The notes under the pieces are model-generated. The model was not told the DNA's origin. It made no database searches and was given only the letters and a program-made list of their open reading frames with translations. A stretch of DNA of 64,000 nt. Source: a virus. The translations under genes and the position numbers were made by a program. Shown here piece by piece: positions 1 to 9,214 of this stretch (position 1 is its first letter; each line of letters starts with the position of its first letter). The stretch covers positions 32,001 through 96,000 of IMG/VR virus record IMGVR_UViG_3300046002_007411. One strand, written 5' to 3'.

Positions 1-708
1 ATCAGCTAGGCAGTTTACCAGATCCCAAGCTTCACCAAGATGGTGAATACTGCGCAGGGCATTGACATCAGCAATGTCAAATCTTTGCAACACAGTGGGC
101 CAGATAACTCCGCGAATGTAGTTGCGATCATAAGTTGTATCTTGGTTGCTGGGATCGTGACACCAAGAAATATCATGATGTCGATTATAGTCCATGATTT
201 GCTCGCGTGTGACATTTAGCAGCGGGCGCACTACCTGCTTGTGAGGATCAAACCAACAGCTGGCTTGCGCCGTCATGGCTTTCAATCCCTTGATGCCACT
301 GCCGCGAAAAATCCTCAGCAGAAAGTTTTCAATTTGATCGTTGGCATGATGTGCTGTGATAATGCAATCGATATCTTGCTGACAAAATGCTTGATATCTA
401 GCACGGCGGGCTGCATGCTCAAGATTGCCTTGCAGTTGGTTTTTCTCAAGGGCAACCACTACATGTTCAAATCCCCAAGCTTGTGATGCCTGTTGCACTT
501 GCTGTGCCCATTGTGCGCTGGCACCCATGATGTTGTGATTGACATGCACAACCAAAAACTCAGTTGTAAACTTGTCGCGATGTTGCGCAAACCAATGCAG
601 CAGCATCATGCTGTCTGCTCCCCCACTTACTGCTATGACAGCTCGCTGGCTGTGTTGGAGAAGTTCTTGCACATCAGAGATTTTCACAAGCTGTGGCATG
701 TATGTCAT
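1..708 (-). CDS. tilS: tRNA(Ile)-lysidine synthase (3'-truncated by window edge; absent from ORF track)
   Basis: Manual translation of the minus frame: MTYMPQLVKISDVQELLQHSQRAVIAVSGGADSMMLL (PP-loop SGGxDS) ... ITAHHANDQIENFLLRIFRGSGIKGL ... VVRPLL ... DPSNQDTTYDRNYIR, all TilS motifs. In-frame ATGs at 723, 708 and 699; no stop before base 1. Confidence 0.93.
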   Translation of the reverse strand, partial: MTYMPQLVKISDVQELLQHSQRAVIAVSGGADSMMLLHWFAQHRDKFTTEFLVVHVNHNIMGASAQWAQQVQQASQAWGFEHVVVALEKNQLQGNLEHAARRARYQAFCQQDIDCIITAHHANDQIENFLLRIFRGSGIKGLKAMTAQASCWFDPHKQVVRPLLNVTREQIMDYNRHHDISWCHDPSNQDTTYDRNYIRGVIWPTVLQRFDIADVNALRSIHHLGEAWDLVNCLAD

Positions 709-714
709 ACCCTG

Positions 715-743
715 AACATACATGCACCTAGCTCAGTTGTCAA
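715..743 (-). promoter_or_regulatory. sigma70-type early promoter for tilS
   Basis: TTGACA-N17-TATGTT, 6 nt before ATG 708. Confidence 0.55.
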
Positions 744-747
744 TGTG

Positions 748-1209
748 TTATTGACTCTGTTCGCCTTGCTTGAGAAACTTCCGTAGAATTTCCGCCGCTT
801 GGTCGTTGCTCAGGGCAGCGGTTAAACCAGGATGCTGCGGTTCAGGAACTTCATCTATCGAGCACCAGCGAAACTCACTTATTTCCCAGTTGGGCTTACA
901 GGAGAATTCCAAATCCACAGCACAAGCCAACAGCATGTATTGACTTTTTGGCCAAGCCACACGCTGTTGCCAGATTTTAACATGAGGCCAAGCTGCAATA
1001 TCTTGCCCTATTTCTTCTTGGCATTCACGTGATGCAGTTTGCCAGGAAGTTTCACCGGGCTCACTGAAACCTCCGGGCACACTCCAAGTGCCTGGATGGT
1101 TTACAAAATCGCTGCGCTTGACAAACAAAAATCTATTTGTGTCTTCTGCATGTATCAACACACCAGCTGCACGACGCGGGGGTTCACCAGTTATTTCTTC
1201 CGTCAACAT
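748..1209 (-). CDS. Nudix hydrolase
   Basis: Nudix box GGFSEPGETSWQTASRECQEEIG; TAAATA late-promoter motif at 1214-1219. Confidence 0.9.
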   Translation of the reverse strand: MLTEEITGEPPRRAAGVLIHAEDTNRFLFVKRSDFVNHPGTWSVPGGFSEPGETSWQTASRECQEEIGQDIAAWPHVKIWQQRVAWPKSQYMLLACAVDLEFSCKPNWEISEFRWCSIDEVPEPQHPGLTAALSNDQAAEILRKFLKQGEQSQ

Positions 1210-1212
1210 GAG

Positions 1213-2571
1213 TTATTTATGAACAAGTTTAAGTTTTTTCAGTGCTGTGACTTCCTGTCGATATTGCTTTCGCAATGCAGCGGGACTTGCCAACATTGCT
1301 TGATACTGTGCAAGCAGCTTTTCCTGTTCGGCGATTTTGTCTAATGTGTCTTGGTATTGATCTTGTGCCCACCGATAGCTGGGAAGTTGTGTGATGCGGT
1401 CAATTTGATCAGCATCAATAGGCAGCTTGCTGGTGATTTTTTGCACCCGTTCCGCAATAGCCTGCTTGTTGGCAGCTTGTGGCAAAAATACCGGTAGTTT
1501 TTGATCGTAACATAGCTTGAGGGCTTGATACCAAGTCAAATCGCGTTGTGCTTGTTCAATAAGTTTTAGATATCGCTTGGTGTACCAAGTCAAACGCCAT
1601 TCCACAAATGCCTGCACAAGTTCTCCTGAGTTGGCAAACTGACGAATACTGGTGTTATTGAAGTCCAAGACTACCAAACGTTGCGTGCTTTTGCTGCGCA
1701 GTTTGAGAAAGTTCACAGCCTGTTCTTGTGTCCAAGATTCCATGCTGCCACGCTTCATGCGTATCTCAATGTTAATAGTTTTTGTGCTGCGATCAGTGTA
1801 ACTGTGGATGAGATCGTCGTCTTCCATTTGATTCAGCCTAGCACGAAACTTCTCCAAGCTGAGATCTGGTGGCAGCTCAGTTACTTTCAACAAAGTGGAA
1901 CTCACGATATCCACTTGGCCTTGGAACTCATAGCCGTTGCCGCCGAGATCACGAACATTTACTTGTAGAAAATCATAACTGGGAATCAAGACTGGCAGAG
2001 GTTTTTGATCAATAGCTGCAACAACTGCGTCAATCAGGGACTCCAAACTATGAGGCAAAATATCAGTGCTCCAGCCCACAGCAATGCCACTTACACCATT
2101 CAACAGCACAAGTGGAATCAAAGGCAAAAAGTTCACAGGTTCCAAAACTGATCCATCATAGTTGGGCTTTTGAGGAACAAGATCCAAATCGCTGTAAAGC
2201 AGGGCTTGTGCAACTGCATGACGTTTGACATAAGTGTATCGCGGAGCACCCCAACTGTCGGGACCCACTCGTGTGCCAAATGCACCAATGCCTTCCAGCA
2301 AAGGCACATTGTTGAGATAGGGCGCAGCTAGGCGACTGATTGTTTCTGCTGCTGATGTGTCTCCGTGAACGAAAAAACCCTCTTGAATTACCTGGCCGGC
2401 AAGGCTGATGGTCTTGACCTTTTCAGATCGTGTGCGCATGAGCCACAGCATTTTGCGCTGGCCGTCTTTTAATCCATCACATACACTGGGAATGGCACGG
2501 TTTTGTGCTGTGTAGATGGCGTATTCTCTGCTACTGGTATTGATAAAATCACTGGTTGTAGTTGTGCTCAT
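1213..2571 (-). CDS. type II DNA topoisomerase, GyrA/ParC-like subunit (T4 gp52-like)
   Basis: RAIPSVCDGLKDGQRK, HGD, catalytic APRYT, PLVLLNGVSGIAVGWSTDI. Confidence 0.95.
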   Translation of the reverse strand: MSTTTTSDFINTSSREYAIYTAQNRAIPSVCDGLKDGQRKMLWLMRTRSEKVKTISLAGQVIQEGFFVHGDTSAAETISRLAAPYLNNVPLLEGIGAFGTRVGPDSWGAPRYTYVKRHAVAQALLYSDLDLVPQKPNYDGSVLEPVNFLPLIPLVLLNGVSGIAVGWSTDILPHSLESLIDAVVAAIDQKPLPVLIPSYDFLQVNVRDLGGNGYEFQGQVDIVSSTLLKVTELPPDLSLEKFRARLNQMEDDDLIHSYTDRSTKTINIEIRMKRGSMESWTQEQAVNFLKLRSKSTQRLVVLDFNNTSIRQFANSGELVQAFVEWRLTWYTKRYLKLIEQAQRDLTWYQALKLCYDQKLPVFLPQAANKQAIAERVQKITSKLPIDADQIDRITQLPSYRWAQDQYQDTLDKIAEQEKLLAQYQAMLASPAALRKQYRQEVTALKKLKLVHK

Positions 2572-2572
2572 T

Positions 2573-4456
2573 TTAAATACTCATCCAAGCTTTGCGTTGA
2601 TCGGCTTTTTTGTCATTAAAAAGCAAGTCTAGAAGTTCTGCTAGTTTACCATCATCTTGCAAGGCAATCAATCTAGGTTTATTCAAACTGTTGTTCCAAT
2701 CTTGTTCTTCCAAACTGCCCAAGCCCTTGGCTCTTGTGGGTTTGGGACAGCCCTGCCAATCTTGTGCTTGATAGTTCAACCAATCATCGCTATACCAATA
2801 GTGCCGGTTTTTCTTCTTGTCTTCTTGAATAATAAACGGCGTGCTGAATACTTGGAAAAATGCCGGCTTCTGTGGATCAAACAGTGATGGCCAATACACA
2901 TGGAAAAAGTTCACTAACAGCGCCATGATGTTAGCACCGTCGGTGTCAGCATCACACGTGATCCAAACTTGTCCATATCGCAAGTCCTCGCGCCGTGGCT
3001 GTTGACCCAGTGTCAAACCAATGCTGCTCATGATATCTTGCAAAATGGCATTGTCTAGAACTGTTTTGTTGCTTTCTCCACGCACATTGAGGATTTTACC
3101 TCGTAAAGGCAAGCCACCGTGTATTTCGGGATTTCTCACAGCAGCTACAGAACTAACAGCCGAGTCGCCTTCCGTTAGCATCAAAATACATTTGGTGCGA
3201 TCTTTGCCAGTTGCATCCATGAGCTTGGGCACTTTGGTGCGGAGAACCTTGCGTGCCAGCTTGGCAACATCTGCATCGTCTTTTTTCTGTGTTCTAGCTG
3301 CGCAGCGTGCGTAGATGCTGTCGATCCATGTGCTGTTGTCACGAATGATTTTTTTCCAAGTCTTTTCATCCTCACATGCAGCACGAATCCAAGCATCTAC
3401 TTCTTCATTAATCAGTCGAGTTTTGCTTTGACTGTCAAAGTCCGGCCGATTCATTTTAGTGATGTTGTAGATTAAAAGTCCTTCTAAAATATCACTCCTG
3501 TTGGGAACAAGAGATCTGCGCCGACTTTCTTTTGCTAGAGCTTGCAGTAGATTGCTGACAAAGTGCTTGCGAAAACTGTCGATATGGCTGCCACCGTTAA
3601 ACACTGGTATGTTGTTGACCATGCTGTGTGCATGATCGCCCTGCGCAGTGAAGTTGGGAACAATCACAAACTGACTGCGAAAGCCTGCAGATTCCGTTTC
3701 AGCTAGAATGCTGAATGTTTCGCGATTGCCAAACAACCCCCGCTCGACATTTTTAACTTTCACAGCATCACCGTTGAATGTGAACTTCACAGCAGGGTTG
3801 GCAGCAGCAAGTTCCACTACACGATTGCGCACAAACTCCAAGGGCAGTTCGCAGCAAGCAAACACTCGCTTGCTGAGTTTCCAACTAACACCAGTGCCTG
3901 TGCGACCTTGTTTACGAGTTATTTTGGGATCACTTATTTGCAGTGCATCTCCAAATATTTCACTGCCTTCACTGAAGTTTTGTTGAAACCGCTGGCCGTC
4001 TCGTGTAATATCAACTCGAAACCATTCACTGCAAAAGTTTACGCCACTGGCCCCAATACCATTCATGCCTGCTGTGTTGGTACGCTCGTCAAAGTTTCGG
4101 CCACTCATGAGTTCACTTAGTGCCAGCGTGGCTTTATGGCATTTGTGTTCAGGGTCCCAATCAATGGGAATGCCTCGGCCATCATCGCTTACGGAGAACG
4201 TCAGTTGTTGCGGATCATAGGTAATGTCAATGCGACTGCCATGCCCGTGCGCAACTACTTCATCCAAGGCATTCTCCCAAATTTCTCTAAGGGTGCTGAA
4301 CACTGCTGGTACCCATGTGTAGTCTTTGACACACGGGCAATCTGCTGAATAGTTGATAACAGGTTGAGTGTGAGCAGTAGTTTGGCCATAATACATCGAT
4401 GTGCGTAGTCGCACGTGAGCATACGGGGTGAGCTTCTTAATATCATCTTGGGGCAT
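2573..4456 (-). CDS. type II DNA topoisomerase, GyrB/ParE-like subunit (gp39+gp60 in one chain)
   Basis: GHKL motifs ENALDE, DDGRGIP, GMNGIGAS; TOPRIM EGDSA, PLRGKILN, DADTDG; KGLGS. Confidence 0.95.
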   Translation of the reverse strand: MPQDDIKKLTPYAHVRLRTSMYYGQTTAHTQPVINYSADCPCVKDYTWVPAVFSTLREIWENALDEVVAHGHGSRIDITYDPQQLTFSVSDDGRGIPIDWDPEHKCHKATLALSELMSGRNFDERTNTAGMNGIGASGVNFCSEWFRVDITRDGQRFQQNFSEGSEIFGDALQISDPKITRKQGRTGTGVSWKLSKRVFACCELPLEFVRNRVVELAAANPAVKFTFNGDAVKVKNVERGLFGNRETFSILAETESAGFRSQFVIVPNFTAQGDHAHSMVNNIPVFNGGSHIDSFRKHFVSNLLQALAKESRRRSLVPNRSDILEGLLIYNITKMNRPDFDSQSKTRLINEEVDAWIRAACEDEKTWKKIIRDNSTWIDSIYARCAARTQKKDDADVAKLARKVLRTKVPKLMDATGKDRTKCILMLTEGDSAVSSVAAVRNPEIHGGLPLRGKILNVRGESNKTVLDNAILQDIMSSIGLTLGQQPRREDLRYGQVWITCDADTDGANIMALLVNFFHVYWPSLFDPQKPAFFQVFSTPFIIQEDKKKNRHYWYSDDWLNYQAQDWQGCPKPTRAKGLGSLEEQDWNNSLNKPRLIALQDDGKLAELLDLLFNDKKADQRKAWMSI

Positions 4457-4476
4457 GAGATCTCCTTAATGCATTG

Positions 4477-4505
4477 ATTATAGCAGTGTGGGTTGCGAAG
4501 ATCAA
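4477..4505 (-). promoter_or_regulatory. sigma70-type promoter for topoisomerase operon
   Basis: TTGATC-N17-TATAAT with extended -10 TG. Confidence 0.6.
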
Positions 4506-4578
4506 GTGCTAAATACATGTGCCGATCGCGATGTTGACCGCATCCACCGGCTCTATAACTGAATAGGAGTTACAGCAC

Positions 4579-5553
4579 ATGGGTATTTACACGCATACCA
4601 AGTCTCTGTCTACAAGATGGCAGAAATTTCTCAATCAAGTTCACAAAAAATTTGACAACAGGTTCGACTATAGTAACTCAAAATATATTAATGCCAATAC
4701 CCCAATAACCATTTTGTGTCCTGATCATGGTCCATTTGAAATGATACCTTGGGTCCATTCTGCATCAACTACTGGGTGCCCTGCATGTAGTCAAAGCAAT
4801 TTCACAGGTTCTCGGCGTTTTACTAAGGAATCATATATAAGGCGTTGTGAAACTGTTCATGGAAACAAATTTAATTATGATAATTCTGAATATAATAATA
4901 TGAAATCTGAGTTGGTTATTACATGTCCAACACATGGCATCTTCAAGATGATAGCTTGGCTACATTTAAAGAGCAAACATGGATGCCCATCTTGTGGCAA
5001 TGAAGCTATAGGAAGAGCTCTATCATTCACCAAAGAGAAATTTATACTTGAAGCCCAAAAAGTTCACGGAGACAAATTTAATTACTCTAAAGTGGAAATG
5101 TACAATAACACAAATAAGGTTATCATCATTTGCCGTAAGCATGGTGAATTTAAACAGCTAGCTCAAAGCCATTTAGGTGGCGTTGGATGCCCTAAATGTG
5201 CAAGTAGTAAAGGGGAAGACGCTATTAGAGCTTTCCTAGATGCAAATAACATAAGATATATAGCACAACACAAATTTCCAGATTGCAAGAGAGTGAGATG
5301 CTTGAAGTTTGATTTTTACTTGCCTGATTACCACATTTGCATTGAATATGATGGAGAAGGTCATTTCAGACCCATTAAAATAAAGGATCAGGACAGGGGC
5401 AAATTACTATTGAAGTATGCGCAAGAGAATGACCAAATAAAAACCAGTTATTGTAAGATAAAAGGTATTCCCCTGTTAAGAATAGATTATTCTAAAAAGA
5501 ATCAAATAGCAGAAATACTAACAGAATCGTTACAGTTAGTTTTGAATAAATGA
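4579..5553 (+). CDS. free-standing homing-endonuclease-like protein (three zinc-binding repeats + C-terminal PD-(D/E)XK/Vsr-like nuclease)
   Basis: Three repeats of HGxxFxYS...CxxHGxF...H...GCPxC, then FDFYLPDYHICIEYDGEGHF; opposite strand to neighbours, visibly AT-richer. Confidence 0.8.
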   Translation: MGIYTHTKSLSTRWQKFLNQVHKKFDNRFDYSNSKYINANTPITILCPDHGPFEMIPWVHSASTTGCPACSQSNFTGSRRFTKESYIRRCETVHGNKFNYDNSEYNNMKSELVITCPTHGIFKMIAWLHLKSKHGCPSCGNEAIGRALSFTKEKFILEAQKVHGDKFNYSKVEMYNNTNKVIIICRKHGEFKQLAQSHLGGVGCPKCASSKGEDAIRAFLDANNIRYIAQHKFPDCKRVRCLKFDFYLPDYHICIEYDGEGHFRPIKIKDQDRGKLLLKYAQENDQIKTSYCKIKGIPLLRIDYSKKNQIAEILTESLQLVLNK

Positions 5554-5587
5554 GTATTGGTATTACCTGTCAGTCTTAATAGAAAAT

Positions 5588-5611
5588 CCTAGAGCCTTGC
5601 AAGACTCTAGG
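5588..5611. terminator. hairpin between convergent genes
   Basis: cctagag-ccttgcaaga-ctctagg inverted repeat. Confidence 0.5.
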
Positions 5612-5639
5612 TTGGGGATTACCAGTTTCCTGGAGGAGT

Positions 5640-6350
5640 TTATTTTCTATCACCAATTAGGTTCATTAAGTGAACAAAAATATTGATGAAATCAAGGTAA
5701 AGAGTAAGTGCTCCAAAAATACTGCTTTTGGCAGCGCTGTCAAAACCATAAACTGCACCTTGACTCATGTATTCTTCTTTTAGTTGCTGGCTATCATAAG
5801 CCGTTAGTCCTGTGAATACCAACACTGCAATGCAACTGATCACAAAACTCATGAGACTGCTTTGCAAGAAGATATTCACAATACCCGCGATAAAGATACC
5901 CACAGCACCCATGATTAAAAAACTACCCATGCTAGTTAAATCCCTTTGAGTAGTGTAACCATAAATGCTGGCTGCGGCAAATGTTGCTGCACTGATAAAG
6001 AACACCTTGGCAATACTAGTTGTAGTGTAAAGCACAAATATTGTGCTTAAACTAATGCCCATGGACACAGCAAAAAGATAAAATACCGCTGTTGCCATGG
6101 GCACGCTGAACTTGTCAATACCAAAACTTAGCACCAAAATAAATGCCAATGGCAAAAGTGCCATGACAATCCACAGGGGTGTTTGCATCATGGGCAAGAG
6201 AGCCCAGCTGGCCCAATACGCCACAGCCCCTGTTACTGCAAGAGCCATGGTCATTTTGTTATAAATGCTTACAAGATAAGTCTTTAATCCCTGATCTATT
6301 TGTTCTTGTGTGGCATCAGGGTTGGCTGTTGCGAATGAATTAGGTTCCAT
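5640..6350 (-). CDS. Bax inhibitor-1/YccA family membrane protein
   Basis: About 7 hydrophobic segments; GYTTQRDL, LTAYDSQ, GALTLYLDFINIF. Confidence 0.92.
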   Translation of the reverse strand: MEPNSFATANPDATQEQIDQGLKTYLVSIYNKMTMALAVTGAVAYWASWALLPMMQTPLWIVMALLPLAFILVLSFGIDKFSVPMATAVFYLFAVSMGISLSTIFVLYTTTSIAKVFFISAATFAAASIYGYTTQRDLTSMGSFLIMGAVGIFIAGIVNIFLQSSLMSFVISCIAVLVFTGLTAYDSQQLKEEYMSQGAVYGFDSAAKSSIFGALTLYLDFINIFVHLMNLIGDRK

Positions 6351-6359
6351 GTTTTCCTT

Positions 6360-6602
6360 TTAATGCTTGCGACTTACAAAGTCATTTAACTGTTGAGCTA
6401 GTGCAATAATCTGATGACCTGATGGAAGTGGATTAGCAGTGGGATAAGGAACTTCCATGCTGGATTCTCGTCGACGTTCAATCTCACAAAGCTGATAATA
6501 GGTTTGTTCAGCAGCTTGACGCTTGCAGTTCCATTCCTCCATTAGCATGTCTTTTGCCATGTTAATCAAGTCATAACGTATTTTGTAACCGTTGTGTTCC
6601 AT
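6360..6602 (-). CDS. hypothetical phage protein
   Basis: 80-aa ORF with AGGAG RBS preceded by an ACACACAC tract and a hairpin. Confidence 0.75.
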   Translation of the reverse strand: MEHNGYKIRYDLINMAKDMLMEEWNCKRQAAEQTYYQLCEIERRRESSMEVPYPTANPLPSGHQIIALAQQLNDFVSRKH

Positions 6603-6687
6603 GTTAGTCTCCTGTGTGTGTTTGTGGGTCCATTTTGGTTACTGGGCTGGACCCCTACCTATTGTATATACAAGACAGCTAATATTG

Positions 6688-7599
6688 TCAACTAGATTGT
6701 CCAGCTTTGTGTATTTGCATGCTGAGATATCTCCACATGAAAGTTGCCGCTGCCAAACTGGTAATCTCACTGTGATCATATGCCGGAGCAACTTCCACAC
6801 AATCCATGCCTACTAAATTTAAAACATGCATGCAGTCGATAAACTCATCAACCCACATGCTAGTCAATCCGCCTATCTCGGGAGTTCCTGTCCCTGGAGC
6901 ATAAGCAGGGTCTAGGACATCAATGTCCAGGGTAAAATAACAGGGCGTGTCGCCAATACGCTCTAGAATACTAGCAAATAATTCGTAAGGCTGCGCCCTC
7001 ATGGCTGATCTAGCTGAAATGGTCAAGCCACCTTGAGTGTTCAACCAAAATCTTGTGGGATTGTCTGCAGGACTTCTTACACCAATACTCACTGTTTTTT
7101 CAGGATCTATTAGTCCTTCTTCAATGGCATTACGCAACCAAGTACCATGTCCCTGAGGCTGACTGCCATGACGTTGCCAAGTATCACAATGTGCATCCAA
7201 ATGCACACACGCTAGACGCGGATAGCGATGATGCATGCCGCGTAAAATACCCAAAGTCACACTGTGGTCACCGCCCATGGCAACTACGTGATGTTCAGCT
7301 GCATGCAGTTGTAAAATCAACTGCTGTATTTCAGTCAATGTTACTGCAAGATTGCCCGTGCTGAGATTGGCGTCGCCAAGATCAGTTAGGTTCTGGGTAA
7401 CATCAACAGGCCAATCATCACAAACCCCATCAACTAAATGTAAACTGCTATGCCTTATAGCAGCAGGAGCCATGCGTGCACCGGGTCTATGGCTTGTTGC
7501 ACAATCACTGGGCAAGCCCACAACCACGAAAGCTGTTTGTGGTTGCTGACTGGTCCAACTGCGCAAAAATGTGCGTATGCCCGGGAAAGTTAAAGTCAC
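6688..7599 (-). CDS. speB: agmatinase / ureohydrolase (arginase family)
   Basis: GGDHS, HLDAHCD, TLDIDVLDPAYAPGTGTPEIGG and DCVEVAPAYD metal-binding motifs intact. Confidence 0.88.
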   Translation of the reverse strand: MTLTFPGIRTFLRSWTSQQPQTAFVVVGLPSDCATSHRPGARMAPAAIRHSSLHLVDGVCDDWPVDVTQNLTDLGDANLSTGNLAVTLTEIQQLILQLHAAEHHVVAMGGDHSVTLGILRGMHHRYPRLACVHLDAHCDTWQRHGSQPQGHGTWLRNAIEEGLIDPEKTVSIGVRSPADNPTRFWLNTQGGLTISARSAMRAQPYELFASILERIGDTPCYFTLDIDVLDPAYAPGTGTPEIGGLTSMWVDEFIDCMHVLNLVGMDCVEVAPAYDHSEITSLAAATFMWRYLSMQIHKAGQSS

Positions 7600-7928
7600 T
7601 GAATAATACCCGACCTACGTGGCAAAGCAATAGTGCTGGTGCTTTGGGTATAATTGTCTTGCATGGCTTGAGCTGATTTTACTAACGTGGTGATGTGGTC
7701 TCGATTTAAACTGACGTTTTGATCCCAATCAGCCCCTAAAACAAACCCCGGTGCCATGCCAATAGCTACTTTTTGTGTTTGTGGATCCATGGTCAAATCA
7801 ACTATAAGAGGCTTGGCCAGCGTAACTGTAGTAGCATCTTGCGCATGCAGTTTGCCGATAAGCTCAACTCCACTTTGTAGTTTAATAGATACTATTGAAC
7901 CAATATCAGTTGGTGCAGTTATTAACAT
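7596..7928 (-). CDS. small beta-barrel (Sm/LSm-like) protein
   Basis: IVSIKLQSGVELIGKL...VTLAKP pattern; start moved to ATG 7928 after AAGGA. Confidence 0.6.
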   Translation of the reverse strand: MLITAPTDIGSIVSIKLQSGVELIGKLHAQDATTVTLAKPLIVDLTMDPQTQKVAIGMAPGFVLGADWDQNVSLNRDHITTLVKSAQAMQDNYTQSTSTIALPRRSGIIQ

Positions 7929-7939
7929 TTTGTTTTCCT

Positions 7940-8821
7940 TTATACAAAGTTTGCACTTAAATCTACCAAACCAAATCCGTTGTTGGGCTGACATCTCACA
8001 TCATTTACCATGGTCATAACACATTCACGATTGGTTCTTGGACGATTACTAGTTCCTGCATAACTTACATGAATCCAATGGCTGGGGCTGGCACGGCCGC
8101 CCCCAGTACGCCATTCTAAAATAAGTTGATCAAAAGGTGTGTTGTCCTTAATCCACTGAGCTATAGTAAAATACTGTCGCTTATCTGTTTTACTAAACAC
8201 CAAGTCCGCAGCCTGTCCTTTTGCATGTTGATTAGTTGCATAGTATCGTGGAGGATCGTTGGCCCTAAATGTATTTGTAACCCGCATGTCGGGAAATTTA
8301 TCAATAACAATGTCTAGGACATTTATGGCTAAAAGTTTCAAGTTAGCAACTATTTGCCCTTGTGTTAGTCCACCAAAATCTCGTGTTTGATGTTGAAAAT
8401 CCACAAATGGTTTAAGTGTAAGTTGTCCCAAAGTAAACCTACGACTTAACTGTAAGGTTCCAGGGAAACTAGTTGAGTTTTCTACCCCACCTGTGTCATT
8501 ACCAAATGTTGGCGTATTGGGAGGTGGCTTGGTATCACTTGCACCGAGACCTTGTTGAACATTTGCAGCTTGATCAACTTCTTGTTGGCTGATAAGTCCT
8601 TTACTCACAAGTTCTTTTTGATATTGTTGAGCTGCAACAAGGCTTTCAGGTGTTCCAGCGCCATCAATATGGCAGCCTTGAAATAAAGCTTGAGTGAGTT
8701 GATCAGTTCCCACATTGTTGCTTTGTGGAATTTGCCACAAAGCAACAGGCACTTGATTTACCCAAGTATCAGGACTGTAGTAAACATCTTGTCCCTTGTA
8801 GCTAGGCGGATTTAACGGCAT
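7940..8821 (-). CDS. peptidase M15-family zinc peptidase (candidate lysin or virion lysin)
   Basis: R...NQHAKGQAAD...WIHVSY zinc motif; TAAATA at 8839-8844. Confidence 0.8.
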   Translation of the reverse strand: MPLNPPSYKGQDVYYSPDTWVNQVPVALWQIPQSNNVGTDQLTQALFQGCHIDGAGTPESLVAAQQYQKELVSKGLISQQEVDQAANVQQGLGASDTKPPPNTPTFGNDTGGVENSTSFPGTLQLSRRFTLGQLTLKPFVDFQHQTRDFGGLTQGQIVANLKLLAINVLDIVIDKFPDMRVTNTFRANDPPRYYATNQHAKGQAADLVFSKTDKRQYFTIAQWIKDNTPFDQLILEWRTGGGRASPSHWIHVSYAGTSNRPRTNRECVMTMVNDVRCQPNNGFGLVDLSANFV

Positions 8822-8841
8822 ATATGTCTCCTTTTAGATAT

Positions 8842-9126
8842 TTACTGGTGATTTTCCTGACGGTCCATGCCAGTAAAATACTGTTCTAGTTCTTCGGCAC
8901 CGCCAATATGTTGCCCGTCCAACCAAATTTGTGGAACAGTCCGGGCATCAGGGTAACGTTCTAGAAGACTTTCACGAGTTGTCACTTGCTGATTTTCAGC
9001 AAGCAGGTTAGGATCACCGCCAATAATGTATTCTTGATAGCTGATATTGTGTTGGGCCAAAAGTTTCTTGGCCAAGTTGCAGTGTTTGCATGTTTTTTTG
9101 GTGTAGATTTCTGCTTGATATTCCAT
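8842..9126 (-). CDS. glutaredoxin
   Basis: CKHC, RTVPQIW, HIGG; start moved to MEYQ. Confidence 0.9.
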   Translation of the reverse strand: MEYQAEIYTKKTCKHCNLAKKLLAQHNISYQEYIIGGDPNLLAENQQVTTRESLLERYPDARTVPQIWLDGQHIGGAEELEQYFTGMDRQENHQ

Positions 9127-9214
9127 AATCACCAGCATACAGTCTGTGACAAGAGATATCAATATCGTATGTAAATAAATACACTGCAACATTCAATCAG
9201 GCAGCAGAGATCAC

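Noticed and set aside
15-786. Track ORFs 15-215, 241-486 and 493-786
   Set aside because: Shadows of the tilS frame, which carries the real motifs.
1-7599. Functional link between TilS and agmatinase through agmatidine
   Set aside because: Agmatidine is made by archaeal TiaS, an unrelated enzyme, and the genes are 6 kb apart in different operons.
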